Numbered from the stretch's first letter, positions 48,386 through 62,165 are shown. The stretch: 64,000 nt of DNA from Octopus bimaculoides (GCF_001194135.2 NC_068994.1:4067170-4131169), one strand, 5' to 3'. The notes: generated by a model not told the origin, from the letters alone. Made by a program: numbers and translations.

Positions 48386-48914
48386 TTAAAAAAAAAAAAG
48401 GAGTTCTTTGGAATTTAAGAATAAAAGTAAAAAAAAACCTCAAAGAAAAAACTCCTTTATTTCTGTGAGCTAGAATTGAACTGGAATCCTTACAGTCGTC
48501 AGCCTGTTGCATTGGCTCATATCAAAGTGTGCGTGTGTATGAAGACATGCTTGCACATACACATTTGTATATTCTTTTACTGTTTTCCTTCATTGGACTG
48601 TGGCCATACTGGGGCACCACCTTTATGGGTTTAGTCTGTCGTATTGACCCTAGTACTTATTTTGTCCTTCTCCACTTGTCGAACTACTAAGTTACAGGAG
48701 ATGAACAGATACAACTTGAATATCAGTGGATTTTAGACCGGTGTAAACATAAATGCTGATATATATATACATACCTACATATACACACACATACATACAC
48801 AGACAGTACATACAATATGTGGCGTGCTCTTAAGCAAGTACATAATTCTGTTGCTTGTCTCAGTCAGACTGGTTGACAACAGGTGCCACTTGACAGGTGA
48901 ATGGTCAGTATACT

Positions 48915-49275
48915 TTTCTTTTACTTGTTTTAGTAATTAGACTGTGGCCATGCTGGGGCACTGCCCAGAAGGATTTTTAGTCAAATAAATTGACCCAATT
49001 ACTATTTCTTTTTTTTTTTCAAGCCTGGTAATTATTCTATCAGTCTCTGTTACCAAACTGCTAAGTTACAGGTCATAAATACACCAAACCAGTTGTCAAG
49101 GGATGGTGGGTCATAGATACAAAGATACACACATATATATATATATATATATATGACGGGCTTCTTTCAGTTTCCGTCTGCCAAATCTACTCACAAGGCT
49201 TTGGTCAACCCAAGCCTATAGTAGAAGACACTTGTCCAAGGTACCATGCAGTGCGACTGAACCCGGAACCATGTT
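48915..49275 (-). mobile_element. SINE family B copy
   Basis: Reverse complement of 60120-60455. Confidence 0.8.
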
Positions 49276-50362
49276 GTCCCAGTTTTTCCCTCCACAACAC
49301 TCATATAAACATGCTCACTCCCACACCTGTGCCCATGTATGGAAGTCTCCAGGTGAAAAGCAAAGTGGGGAAAATGATTCTTGAAATACCAAAGATGGGA
49401 TAAAGAATTTCATTGAAGCTTAAAAGACTACACGGCTGTTACTCAGAGTTTCATGTAACAATCGTCAGACAGCTGAGAAGTTTTTTCAGTTTCAATAAAA
49501 CACTACACACACATATGCTAGTGGTTGGTGTTAGGAAGGGCATCCAGCTGTAAAAATCCTGCCAAAACAGTCACAGAAGTCTGGTGCAGGCTTCAGCCTG
49601 GCTGGTTCTTGTGGTGCCACCCCACCCATGTTAGCATGGAAGATGGACGTTAAACGATGATATATATATATATATATACACATATGTTGGCACTATCAGT
49701 TACAATGACAAAGGTTCCGGTTTATCTGACCAATGGAACAGCCCGCTTGGGAAAATGAATGTGCAAGTGGCTGAGCACTCCACAGACAGACATACCTAGG
49801 GTGATTCAGAGGGACAAGGCTGGCCCTTTGAAATACAGGTACTACTCATTTTTGCCAGCTGAGTGGACTGGAGCAACGTGAAATAAAGTGTCTTGCTCAA
49901 GGACACAACAACAATTGTGAACCAAATACCCAGATTATTGAACCACACACTTTCCATATACACATATATACACACACACATATGGTTTTCTAGGGAGTGT
50001 TAGTTGAGTTGGTTTAGCTTCTTATCCAGATGAATTTTACTTATCAGTTGTTCTGTCTGGAGCTAAACACTCATCTTCTGACCGTTATTTAAAACAAAGA
50101 TAAAACCTATTCACAACAGCAAATGTGTTTTTATAACTTCAACAATCAACATTGTGTATTTTCATAAAAATAATGAAAACTTTTTTTTTTTTTTTGTGTC
50201 TGTGTTTGAAAAAATGTTGCAGATTTGAAATTATAAAATGGACTGAAAATTTCAATGAGATCGATAAATGAAATTTAAATTAAAATTCAGATTCTGATTT
50301 AAAAAAAAAAAAAGAAAAGAAAAAAGTTGATCTTTTTTGTTTGGTCTTTTTTTGTTTTTTAA

Positions 50363-50580
50363 CCCTTTAGCATTTAAACCAGCTGTATCCAGCCCCAATA
50401 TTCTCCCTGTTTTGTTCAAACCGGCCAGATCCAGCCTCTCACACCTACCCTAAAATGTCATTTTCAAAATAAACAATTACATCATTGTAATTTCAAAGCT
50501 ACAAAATGATGCCTAATGAATTTAAAGCAATGTTAACGAAGAAGTATTATATTTGACAGAGTAATCTGTATGCTAAGGGG
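50363..50580. mobile_element. piggyBac-like MITE, second family
   Basis: TTAA|CCCTTTAGCAT...ATGCTAAGGGG|TTAA (10/11 TIR match, TTAA TSD). Confidence 0.7.
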
Positions 50581-51119
50581 TTAAATTTTGTTTTTTTTTA
50601 TATATTTTTCATTGTTTTACTATTTTATTGTTTTCTTTCAGTGGATACAAAACAGCAAAAATTGTCATGTTGGGGGTGAATGTATTTTCTTGTTTTCTGA
50701 AATTGTTTTTGGATGGTGAATGGCATGGTAAGATCATAGGAGAGGATTGAACATAATATTTTAGGGCACATTCCAAGTTGTTTGTGCATTGAAATCCTGT
50801 GAAGGTCACCATTGCTCCTCATCGTTTCAGGGTCGATAAAATAAGTTAATCAATGTCTTACCTCTTGGCAAGTGCAAAGAAAAACATACAACAAAACAGT
50901 AGAAAAAATAGAGGAAGGAAGGGAGGGAAAGAAAGGAGAGGAAGGAAGAAAAAAGAGAGAAAGAAGAGGAAGGAAGGGAGAGAGAAAGAATGGAAGAAAG
51001 AAGGAAACAGAGAAATGAAGAAAGGAAGAGAGAAGTCCCCCACCCCCCGAGGAGAGTGTTGTGCTGTTGTTTGTTGACAGTGAAGAGACGGATGTATCAC
51101 AGCTGGTCTTTTATTTATT

Positions 51120-51465
51120 TTATTTAATTGTTTCAGTCCTTAGACTGCAGCCATGCTGGAGTACTGCTTTGAAGAATTTTTAGTTGAATGAGTTGACCCC
51201 AGCACATTTTTTTTCTTTTAAGACAGGTTCTTATTCTGTTGGTGTCTGTTTGCTTAACTGTTAAGTTACAGGGATATAAACATACCAACATCGGTTGTCA
51301 AGCACACACACACACACACGTGCATACATATACGATGGGCTTCTTTCGGTTTCCGTCTACCAAATCCACTCACAAGGCTTTGGTCGGCCTGAGGCTATAG
51401 TAGAAGACACTTGCTCTAAGGTGTCACGCAGTGGGACTGAACCCAGAACCACACAGCCATTTCTG
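51120..51465 (-). mobile_element. SINE family B copy
   Basis: Reverse complement of 60120-60455. Confidence 0.8.
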
Positions 51466-51719
51466 CGCCAATGGAGATTCTCAGGTCGCCCCATATTGAT
51501 TCCTTACAGAAGCACAAGGCCTCAGTTTTGATGGAGAAGGAGTCTGGTCATTTAGACTGAACCAAGGAAGGGGAGTGGCTCTGACCATTTTTTTCTTTTT
51601 TTTTTTTCCTGGGATCTTTAAGATTGTGAAAAGCAAGAAAGAAGAATCCTATCAGAAGTGGGTCCTGGCTCAAGTGTATGCAGCAGGGTGGACACCCTAG
51701 GGCAACTGACAGGTTAACT

Positions 51720-51975
51720 GAGTGGTTTTCAAGCGGAACCCATATGACCCCTGGGGGTTCATATAAGATTTTTATTGTTAAAATTTACGTGCAATAAATT
51801 GATTAGGCTTTTACTATACACAAAATATTTTAACAAGTTCATTTTACATAATTCCTAATAATATTTAATTATAAAAACATAATAAGATTTTTCAATGGTT
51901 ACAGGAGGCCACGAGAGTAAAACAGGAACCCAGGGGATCCATACGTAAAAAAAAAAAAAAGGTTGAGAACCACTG
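51720..51975 (-). mobile_element. hAT MITE, inverted second copy of the 27384 family
   Basis: GAGTGGTTTTCAAG...GTTGAGAACCACTG; the interior is the reverse complement of 27384-27641. Confidence 0.7.
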
Positions 51976-52689
51976 GCGTTAATTCTTACCGTAAAAGACT
52001 TGGAACAGTCTCGTTAAAGAGTTCTCACAATTTCCATCAACCAAATTTCATTCACAAGCCTTTGATCGACCAAAAGGCTATGGGAAAAGACAAGTTTGCC
52101 GTGTAGTGGGATTGAACACCAGACCACGTAGTTGATAAGCGAACTTCTTCCCGCACAGCCATGCCTGTGTACGGAATAAAGTAGGATATTGTCACGGCTA
52201 GAATATCTTTGACCGTAGGCCAACTTGAGGGATTATTTACGTAATCGCCCGACTAGAAATAGAAGTCAAGTCACCATTAAATCATGTTTTACTTTCTTAG
52301 ATAGAAAGAAAGTGAAAAAGAAATGACATATTGAATAAATCGTCTGAGATAAATAATATGAATAAGTAAGAAAAAAACAGGATTGTCACATCTGGATTGT
52401 CTTGTAGGGAACAACAACGATGCTAAACAACAATAACAACGAAATATCTTTCTTGTGACAGGCTGTTGTGTTGCGTAGCGGAACTGAACCTGGAACTACG
52501 CAGTTGTATAGCAAACTTCTTCGGCACACAGCCATTACGCGAAGACACGAATAAAAGACAAGAATGTCACGGTTAGATTGTCTTTGATCGTAGGTCTGCT
52601 CGATCGAGCGTAAACAACAACGAGTGGAGTATGAAGGAGAGAGAGAGGAAGAAAGCTATCCCCTCCAGTCATCCATTCAGTCCGTTATA

Positions 52690-52972
52690 ACGAGAAGGGG
52701 AGGGCGGAGATCGTGCCGTCGCCGCCGCCCGCCCCGCCATCAATTTCGGACCTCCTGCACCAATCAGCTGGTGTCGAGGTGACCGGGAGTTGTCTCCCTT
52801 ATGTTTACATGACTCCACAAGTGAACTACGTAGGTCTCAGGACGGAGGACAGGCTCCCAGCCTCTATTTACCTCTCTCTCCCTCGGCTTTCAACACCTTC
52901 TACACGTCTGACAATTCGACAACATTTCTCCCTATGTCGCCGACCTAGACATTGACTAGACTTTCGGTGAGT
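52690..52972 (+). promoter_or_regulatory. CpG/GC-rich promoter and probable first exon of a third + strand gene
   Basis: GGGCGG (52702-52707), GCCGCCGCCCGCCCCGCC (52721-52738), CCAATCAG (from 52760), CpG-rich non-repetitive sequence, then a consensus donor TCG|GTGAGT (GT at 52967). Confidence 0.6.
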
Positions 52973-53039
52973 TTATTCGTTTCTTTCCACCACTTTCATT
53001 GCTCCATACCCACAACATTGTGTTTGTATTCGGAGGTTT

Positions 53040-53960
53040 TCTTTAATTATTCCTAACATCTTCACACTTTCTCTCCCTCCCTCTCACACTTTCTCTCTCA
53101 CACTTTCTCTCTCTCTATTTATTCCCTCTCCCTCCCTCCTCTTCACCTTTCTTCCCTCTGTTTCCCCCTCTCCTCCCTCTACCTCACTTCTCTCCTTGTG
53201 TCCGTTTTCTAACTTCTTTTCCTCTTCCCACCCCTCTTCTCCGTCACTCTTACTCGTCCTCTTTCTCCTTCCCCCTCACTCCAACAGAACTTCAGCTCTC
53301 CTCCCACCTCTCTCCCTTCCCTGAGACTCGTAACATCTCCATCACCTCTTCCCCTTTCTCCCTCCCTCCCCATTAACTCTATCCCTATCACCCCCTCTCC
53401 TCCTCTCTCTCTCTTTCTCACTCATGTTTATGTTTAAATACTTGTGTCTTTCGATATCTCGCTCACAGAATTATCTCCCTCTCCCTGTCTAACTTTCTCT
53501 CTCTTTCGTTATCTTCTCACTTTCTCTTCTACTTCTATACCAATCTTTTTTCTTACCCTCTTTCTTTCAACCTACCTCCCACTGTCACTCACAACCTTTT
53601 CGCTCTCTCCCCCCTCTAACTTTCACTCTATCTATTCCACAATCACACTTCTGATATCCTCCCTCTCTTCCACCACTATTCTCTCTATCTCTATCCATCT
53701 ATCCATCTATCCCACTCTCCGTTCATCCATCCATCCCTCTATTCCTCTGCCCGTCTCTCTCTCTCTCCATCCACAACCGACCATCCATCCAACCATTCAC
53801 AAATACACCTGTAGCCATCCCCTCCGCCTTTCTCACTCCGGCTCTAACTCAACTCTTAATCAACCAAACTATCCCTCACAGCGCACTCCCTAATACGTCT
53901 CTACCTATCCCTTCCGCATCACTCCCTTCTCTCTAGCCCTCCCCTATACTGCCTGTCCCC
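53040..53960 (+). repeat. About 0.9-kb cryptic polypyrimidine tract at the start of the putative first intron
   Basis: C/T-rich low complexity beginning about 70 nt after the 52967 donor. Confidence 0.75.
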
Positions 53961-54508
53961 CTCCTCCATCGATGATAACATTCGGAACTTAAAATAGCAA
54001 TGACATAGGATGGTAGGATGACTAAATATAAGGTAACTTCAACGATATGTCTACTTTTTTACTGAATGACTTCACATCCTCTCATCATCTCTACGACTGA
54101 CGCATTTCATAGAAACACCTTTCTTTCTTTCTTTCTTTCTATTTATTTACATTCGGCCTGCTTCTTGTACATTGGCATATATATATATATACATATATAT
54201 ATATGTGTGTGTGTGTTTGTATGTATATGTATACACATACAAAAACATATAAACATAAATATATAGTTATATGTGTATGTATGTATATACATATATATAT
54301 ATATATATGTATGTATTTGTGTGGCTGTGTGTATATATGATTACATATAAACATATATATATATACATATGTGTGAATATAAGTATATGTATGTATATGT
54401 TTATATATATATGTGTGTATGTATATGTATATATGTGTGTCTGTGTATATATGATTACATATACATATATTTACATATAAATACATATATACACATGTGT
54501 GAAAATAA

Positions 54509-54546
<38 letters not shown>

Positions 54547-55076
54547 ATACATGTATATATACATAGCACAGAAGTATTTATTTGTTCAGTTATATTTACA
54601 GGTATGTGTACATGTTAATCTTAATCCATTCTTACCTGAACCTTATACTTATAATCTATTTACATTTTCAGTATATAAACATCTTTAAATCTATGTATGT
54701 ACACACACACACACACGATCACAATACATATATATATGCATATTCACACACACACACACACATAAATATAGGTTGGTAAAATGAAACAGGATAAATAGAA
54801 ATTAGTAGATGAGAAATGTATGTTCGTTATATTTTTAATTAGCAGAAAGTTACAGGTGTTACTTGAAGGTTGTGAGTTTTGTTCCTGGTACTTTACAAAA
54901 CTCTGACAAGCGCCAGGAACGAGACTCTTGTCTCTTGAGTCACTCTTGTAACATTCAGCTGATTAACAATAATAATAATAATAAAAATATGTGTGTATCT
55001 GTGTGTGTGTGTGTGTGTGTGTGTGTATAAAAAAATAAATTTTATATCTTCATGTAAATATGTGGATATGTGTGTA

Positions 55077-55124
<48 letters not shown>

Positions 55125-55203
55125 TATACATGTATTTATGTATAACATATATGTGTACATACACATATACACACACATACATATACACATGCACAGACAC
55201 ACC

Positions 55204-55238
<35 letters not shown>

Positions 55239-55317
55239 GCATATGTATATATACATATATATATACATACACACACACACACACATATATATATATTTAT
55301 ATGTATATATATATATA

Positions 55318-55409
<92 letters not shown>

Positions 55410-56341
55410 TATATATTAATATTTATAACCTCCAGAAGTTAAAGAATGACTCAAAGTCCAAAAGTTTCGTGCATTTGCACCTGTCAATAAGTGTCAATGC
55501 ACGAAACTCTCGGCCTTTGAGTCTCTCTTTGACTTCTACCAGTTATTAATAAGAAACAAATACCTCTCTTTCTCCATATATATATATATACATACACACA
55601 CATATCTGTTATATATATTTACAATTATATTCATATGTCATCATCATCATCATCGTCATCATCATCATCATCATCATCGTCATCATCATCATCATCATCA
55701 TCGTTTCTCTGCACTTTTCCATTCTTGCCTGACTCTGATGGAATTCATTGAGGCAGGTTTTACTATGGCTGTCTGCCCGTCCTATCACTAACCCTCACCA
55801 CTCTCCAAGTGAGTTAAATATTCCCTCCACCCCCCACCCCACCCCCCACTTCCTCGGCCATGAATGACACCACTTGTGTGACTGTGACACCACTTGTTTG
55901 CAACTGTGATGTCATGACAGAGACACACACACACACATGTATATATATAGGAGTGACCTAAGACCCTAGGTCTCACAGAGGATATGACAAAAGATCGCTA
56001 TGTCTGGAGATACACTGTTCTTAAGAAGACCTATGCAACTCTGCAAACTGCAAAATGNNNNNNNNNNNNNNNNNNNNNNNNNNNNNNNNNNNNNNNNNNN
56101 NNNNNNNNNNNNNNNNNNNNNNNNNNNNNNNNNNNNNNNNNNNNNNNNNNNNNNNNNNNNNNNNNNNNNNNNNNNNNNNNNNNNNNNNNNNNNNNNNNNN
56201 NNNNNNNNNNNNNNNNNNNNNNNNNNNNNNNNNNNNNNNNNNNNNNNNNNNNNNNNNNNNNNNNNNNNNNNNNNNNNNNNNNNNNNNNNNNNNNNNNNNN
56301 NNNNNNNNNNNNNNNNNNNNNNNNNNNNNNNNNNNNNNACG

Positions 56342-56390
<49 letters not shown>

Positions 56391-56724
56391 ATATATATAT
56401 ATATACATACATACATACATATATATATATACACACACACACACATACATACACACACATATATATACACATACACACAAATGGGCACCGTTTCCAATCT
56501 CCTCCTCATATCTAAACCACTATCACCCCCCTCCTCTGCTACTTCCATCTTCTTTCTCATTGGAGTTGTCCTTTGATACTGCTTTTTTCATTCTTGCTAC
56601 CCGGAACTATTTCACTTGTTAACCATTCTCTATCCAGTAGCATTGCTCACTCTCCACCCACATGTTACATTGATCTTTCCACCTCCCTCTGAACCATTGA
56701 ATTATCTCTCCTCATACATTACAC

Positions 56725-56767
<43 letters not shown>

Positions 56768-58286
56768 NNNNNNNNNNNNNNNNNNNNNNNNNNNNNNNNN
56801 NNNNNNNNNNNNNNNNNNNNNNNNNNNNNNNNNNNNNNNNNNNNNNNNNNNNNNNNNNNNNNNNNNNNNNNNNNNNNNNNNNNNNNNNNNNNNNNNNNNN
56901 NNNNNNNNNNNNNNNNNNNNNNNNNNNNNNNNNNNNNNNNNNNNNNNNNNNNNNNNNNNNNNNNNNNNNNNNNNNNNNNNNNNNNNNNNNNNNNNNNNNN
57001 NNNNNNNNNNNNNNNNNNNNNNNNNNNNNNNNNNNNNNNNNNNNNNNNNNNNNNNNNNNNNNNNNNNNNNNNNNNNNNNNNNNNNNNNNNNNNNNNNNNN
57101 NNNNNNNNNNNNNNNNNNNNNNNNNNNNNNNNNNNNNNNNNNNNNNNNNNNNNNNNNNNNNNNNNNNNNNNNNNNNNNNNNNNNNNNNNNNNNNNNNNNN
57201 NNNNNNNNNNNNNNNNNNNNNNNNNNNNNNNNNNNNNNNNNNNNNNNNNNNCCCCCCCCCCCACATCCCTTCCTTGCTCCCCCCTTACACTCTTGCAACC
57301 ATCTAAACACTCCCAGTTTCTTTCTCATCTCGCAATTCCTCTCACCTTATACCTTGAGGAACCACCTGGGAACTTCAACACCCTTTGTCTATATGTTCCG
57401 AGTTCAAATCCCACTGAAGTCGAATTTGCTTTTCATTCTTTCAGGGTCAACGAAATAAATACCAGTTCAATATTGGAGGTGGGGGGTGTCAATGTAATTG
57501 ACTCACCCCACCACCAACCTCTTCCCCCAAAATTTGAAACCTTCCAACCTATAGATTTATATTTATCCCTTTGTAGACCTTACTGACCCTTATCACCTTT
57601 TCTTCTAAAGGTGAGTAGCCCCGTAGCTCTTCTAATGCAAGATCCTACTCTACCCTCCCCCACAATTTAACCACTCGTCTCCTAGCAAAAAGCCATTGCT
57701 ATCCCCACACCCTGCCCCCAGTTTCATAGTCTTGCGAGCTACATGGCAATCCCATTAGTGTTGGTGACAGGAAACAAAAGCTCGGTGCTGTATAGGGGTT
57801 GGCATTAAGAAGGGCATCCATCCATAGACACCATGAGCCCATCAGGCCCTGCCAAACTGCCCAACCCATGCCAGCAAGAAAGATGGACGTTAAATGATGA
57901 GGATGAGGAGAAAATTTACATTTATATGTATATATCGTATGATCGACCAGACTATCAGATATGGTTATACATCACTGGTCACCATGCGCTTCATATTGTT
58001 TTAGCTTTCAAATGACGTCACCTTGCTGCCTAATCAAGCAGGCCGAATTCACCATGGTCAGAAGCCCATCTGTGATGTGTTTACAGCCGAGTAGACTGAA
58101 GCAACATGAAATGAAATGTTTTGCTCAAGAACACAACATGCCACTCGGTTAGGAATTGAACACACAATCACTTAACCGTGAGGGCAACACCCTAACCACT
58201 ATGCCACCCTCTTAACACACACACACATATATGGCTACAGTCTGATGACTGAAACAAGTTAAGATTAAAAGCTATATAAATATAAA

Positions 58287-58487
58287 ACATACAAAATTAA
58301 GAGGAATGACCACCAAAGTGGACTCCTAATATTTCATATATTTTCATTTGTCTTGCTCAGTTTTACATTTTGGCGTTTTGCTGAAATTTTTCTTGAGAAC
58401 ACACTCTTCGTGGTAATGACGATTTGACGTCTATATTTAGCATATTAGGAGTCCACTTTGGTGGTCATTCCTCTTAATTTTGTATGT
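58287..58487. mobile_element. Foldback/MITE-like element with perfect 46-bp inverted arms
   Basis: ACATACAAAATTAAGAGGAATGACCACCAAAGTGGACTCCTAATAT at 58287-58332 and its exact reverse complement at 58442-58487, with a 109-bp spacer. Confidence 0.65.
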
Positions 58488-58534
58488 AATATAATTTTTA
58501 ATCTTCAGATTTTTTAAATATGCTAAGCTATATC

Positions 58535-59116
58535 ATCATCATCATCATCATCATCGTTTAACGTCCGCCTTCCATGCTAGCATGGGTTGGACGATTTGAC
58601 TGAGGACTAGTGCAACCGGATGGCTACACCAGGCTCCAATCTAATTTGGCAGAGTTTCTACAGCTGGATGCCCTTCCTNNNNNNNNNNNNNNNNNNNNNN
58701 NNNNNNNNNNNNNNNNNNNNNNNNNNNNNNNNNNNNNNNNNNNNNNNNNNNNNNNNNNNNNNNNNNNNNNNNNNNNNNNNNNNNNNNNNNNNNNNNNNNN
58801 NNNNNNNNNNNNNNNNNNNNNNNNNNNNNNNNNNNNNNNNNNNNNNNNNNNNNNNNNNNNNNNNNNNNNNNNNNNNNNNNNNNNNNNNNNNNNNNNNNNN
58901 NNNNNNNNNNNNNNNNNNNNNNNNNNNNNNNNNNNNNNNNNNNNNNNNNNNNNNNNNNNNNNNNNNNNNNNNNNNNNNNNNNNNNNNNNNNNNNNNNNNN
59001 NNNNNNNNNNNNNNNNNNNNNNNNNNNNNNNNNNCTCGGTCAGTAGTCATCGCCTCGGTGAGGCCCAATGTACGAAGGTCTTGCCTCACCACCTCAGCCC
59101 AGGTCTTCCTGGGCCT
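58535..59116 (-). mobile_element. 5'-truncated RTE LINE 3' end of the same family as 7327-8085, spanning an N-gap
   Basis: 59035-59116 on the minus strand encodes RPRKTWAEVVRQDLRTLGLTEAMTTDR, near-identical to the 7860-7930 region. After the 356-N gap lies the (TGA)n-tailed repeat at 58535-58678. Confidence 0.8.
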
Positions 59117-59498
59117 ATTCGCTGCTTTCTTCCAAGGAATCTAGTGCTTTTGGCATAAATTTTTCTTGGGGCTGCCAGATTGGAGCAGCCTCGAGTATAA
59201 CCAGCCGAAACTGCAAAGATAATCTGGAAGTCAACTGACGAAAGGAAACTCCGAATGACCCGTCCTTGTTTTTTCTTGTCCCTTTTTTGTATCATCTAAC
59301 TGTCTGGATGTTTTGTGTTCTTGTCCCATTTTTTTGTATTCTTTTACATATATATATAAAAGATATATATATGTATGTAGTGAAATTCCAGGCCTCTAAA
59401 TCTTTGACTCTCCTCCCAGTCACACCTTCCATTGCTATTCTTAAACTTGCCTTCAAGGAATATCATTTTAACACACACACACACACACACATACACAT

Positions 59499-59531
<33 letters not shown>

Positions 59532-60119
59532 TACTCACACGTACATGCCCATGTGTGTCAGGGGTTATGACCGAATGCTACAAGGCATTAAGGCCCACAC
59601 TTCATCAGATTGGTTTTTTTTTTTAAATTTTTTTTCCTAGTTATTCTTTTTTTTTAAACATCCGGATATTAAAATTATCATTATCATAATTATTTAAAAC
59701 ATCAAAATTTCTGTTGTTGTTGTTGTTATCAATATTATTATCATAAACATTATCACTGTCATCGTTATCATCATCATCATTATTGTCTGTCATTATGATA
59801 GGTTTTTGAGGCATTGATTATCACCACCACCACCACCACCACCACCACCATCATCATCATCAAAATCATCATCACCACCACCACCATTATCATCATCATC
59901 ATCATCATCATCAAAATATTTATAATTATCACCATCACCACCACCATCATTATCATTATCATCAAAGTTGTTGCCATCATCATCACCACCACTACTATCA
60001 AATCATCATTGTAATGTTTTACATCATTGTTGTTATAAATTCCGTAAACCGAGGTGGACTTGGGTCACAGAACCTTCTTCCATAATGTGTGTGTGTGTGT
60101 ATGATCTCTGTTTATATGT

Positions 60120-60455
60120 ATATGTGTAAGTAGCTTGCTTAGCAACCACATGGTTCTGGGTTCATTCCCACTGTGTGGCACCTTAGGCAAGTGTCTTCTA
60201 CTATAGCTTCGGGCTGACCAAAGCCTTGTGAGTGGATTTGCTTGACGGAAACTGAAAGAAGCCCGTCGTATATGTATACGTGTGTGTGTGTTTATGTTCC
60301 TGCAACTTAGTAGTTCAGCAAAAGAGCCCGTTGGAATGAGTACAAGGCTTACAAAGAACAAGTTCTGGGGTTGATTTGTCTGACTAAAAGGCGGTGCTCC
60401 AGCATGGCCACAGTCAAATGACTGAAACAAATAAAAGAATAAAAGAATAAAAGAA
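60120..60455 (+). mobile_element. tRNA-headed bipartite SINE family B with an internal (TA/TG)n spacer
   Basis: Head GTAAGTAGCTTGC...GGTTC..TCCCACTG, core GGCAAGTGTCTTCTACTATAGC...GACCAAAGCCTTGTGAGTGGATTTG, tail ending ATGACTGAAACAA(ATAAAAGA)n. Other copies: 5950-6270, 43410-43540, 48570-48720, 48915-49275, 51120-51465, 52030-52170 (all -); 23670-23765, 60665-60830, 61510-61595 (+). Confidence 0.85.
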
Positions 60456-60889
60456 TATGAGTGATTGCATGTTTGCCTACATGTGTGTATGCTCATATAT
60501 ATGCATATAAGCATGAGTAAAGAGTGTGTGTGTGTGTGTGTGTGTCTTTTCTCTTCTGTAATGTATTCTTCATTCAACAATTTGAAGCAAACAACATTCT
60601 CATCATACCAGCGTCCACACCTCACTCAAAACAGCAGCTCAGATTGGCATTCCCATCGTATATATTACACACACACAGATATGCAGGTGTGGTTGAAAAA
60701 CTTGCTCCCCAACCTTGTAGTCTTGGCTTTCACCCCACTGTGTGGCATCTTGGGCAAGTGTCTTCTGCCGTAGTTTGGAACCAACCAAAGCCTTCGGAAT
60801 GGATTTGGTAGACAGGAACTGAAAAGAGACCATCACATGTGTGTGTGTGTGTGTGTGTTTGTGTGTATATATACACACACACACACATA

Positions 60890-61105
60890 GGCAGGGGTGC
60901 TGAAAAGTTCCTAGTTTTGAGGTTATCACAAAGGCTTGAGTGGGAAGCCCAACCTTCTGAGTTCTTTTGCAGGGCTTAGAAAAACTGAAGGGCCACAGCA
61001 ATAAGTGTGTGAACCTGAGAGGGGAATATGTTGGATAAACCATAATTAAGTGATCCTCCTGTATTTTGTTTTGTGCAAAACCAGGAACTCCTCAGCACTC
61101 CCTCG
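60890..61105 (+). mobile_element. Mariner-derived MITE, second copy of the 15376 family
   Basis: Colinear with 15376-15594: GGGGTGCTGAAAAGTTCC...GGAACTCCTCAGCACTCCCTCG|TA. Confidence 0.8.
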
Positions 61106-62134
61106 TAAATATATAAAGTGTTTGAAATGGAAAGAACCACAGTTAGAGGATCGAGTGGCTTTTCCAGGAATGCTTCTGTTGCATTCCAGAAGGGTTCATC
61201 ACTCTCTCTCTCTCTCTCTCTCTAATGTATTTTCCATGAATACAACAGAAATAGTTTTGTAAAAATTACTTAAACTGAAAAGAACAAAGATCCTTCATGA
61301 GCCATAGATTCTGTGGCACATATATCCCCCCACCCCCGCCGCCTCGACTGGAGCTATGTAAAACGAAGTGGTTTGCTTTAGAGAACACAGCACATCGCTC
61401 AGTCCAAGGATTGAAACCATAACCTTGCAATCATGAGAGCAACACCATAACCACGAAGCCAAGTGCCTCCACTGAAAGTCATACAAACATGTGAAATAAT
61501 ATACATATACTGTGTGGTAAGTAGCTTGCTGACCAACCACATGGTTCTGGGTTCAGTCTCACTCCATGGCACCTCGGGCAAGTGTCTTCTACTATAGTGA
61601 GAAGACCGTCGAAAGGATGCTTGAGGGCCGCGATCGAGAACCGTTGGTATAAACTCTACAACGATACTTTAAAACAATTCCCATTCCACGATGTAAACAA
61701 GTGGCTGGAATTAAAAAGACAAAACATGTAGGAGGGGAGATAATTCGCTGTATAAAGAGTTACTGCCCTTGATTTTATTTTGCTGATTCTTATGAAACGT
61801 ATTTTCGACAAATGTCTGGTTGAACACAACAAACATTCGTACATCTTTGGTACAAAAAAAAAACATATATATCTGCCGGGAGGCTGTCTCAGGGCAGGGA
61901 AAGATGTAGAAAGAAGAGGACGCTGCCATCATTTTCTATTGTCAGTTGTCGTTATTGATGACGACGATGATGATGATGATGCTTGGCCTCGGGAAGGGCA
62001 TCCAGCCATAGAAACCATGCCAAATTGGACTAGAGTCTGGTGCAGCCCCTCGGCTTACCATCCCTGGTCAAACTATCCAACCCATGCCAGCACGGACAAA
62101 TGGATGCTAAATGATGATGATGATGATGATGAAT

Positions 62135-62165
<31 letters not shown>

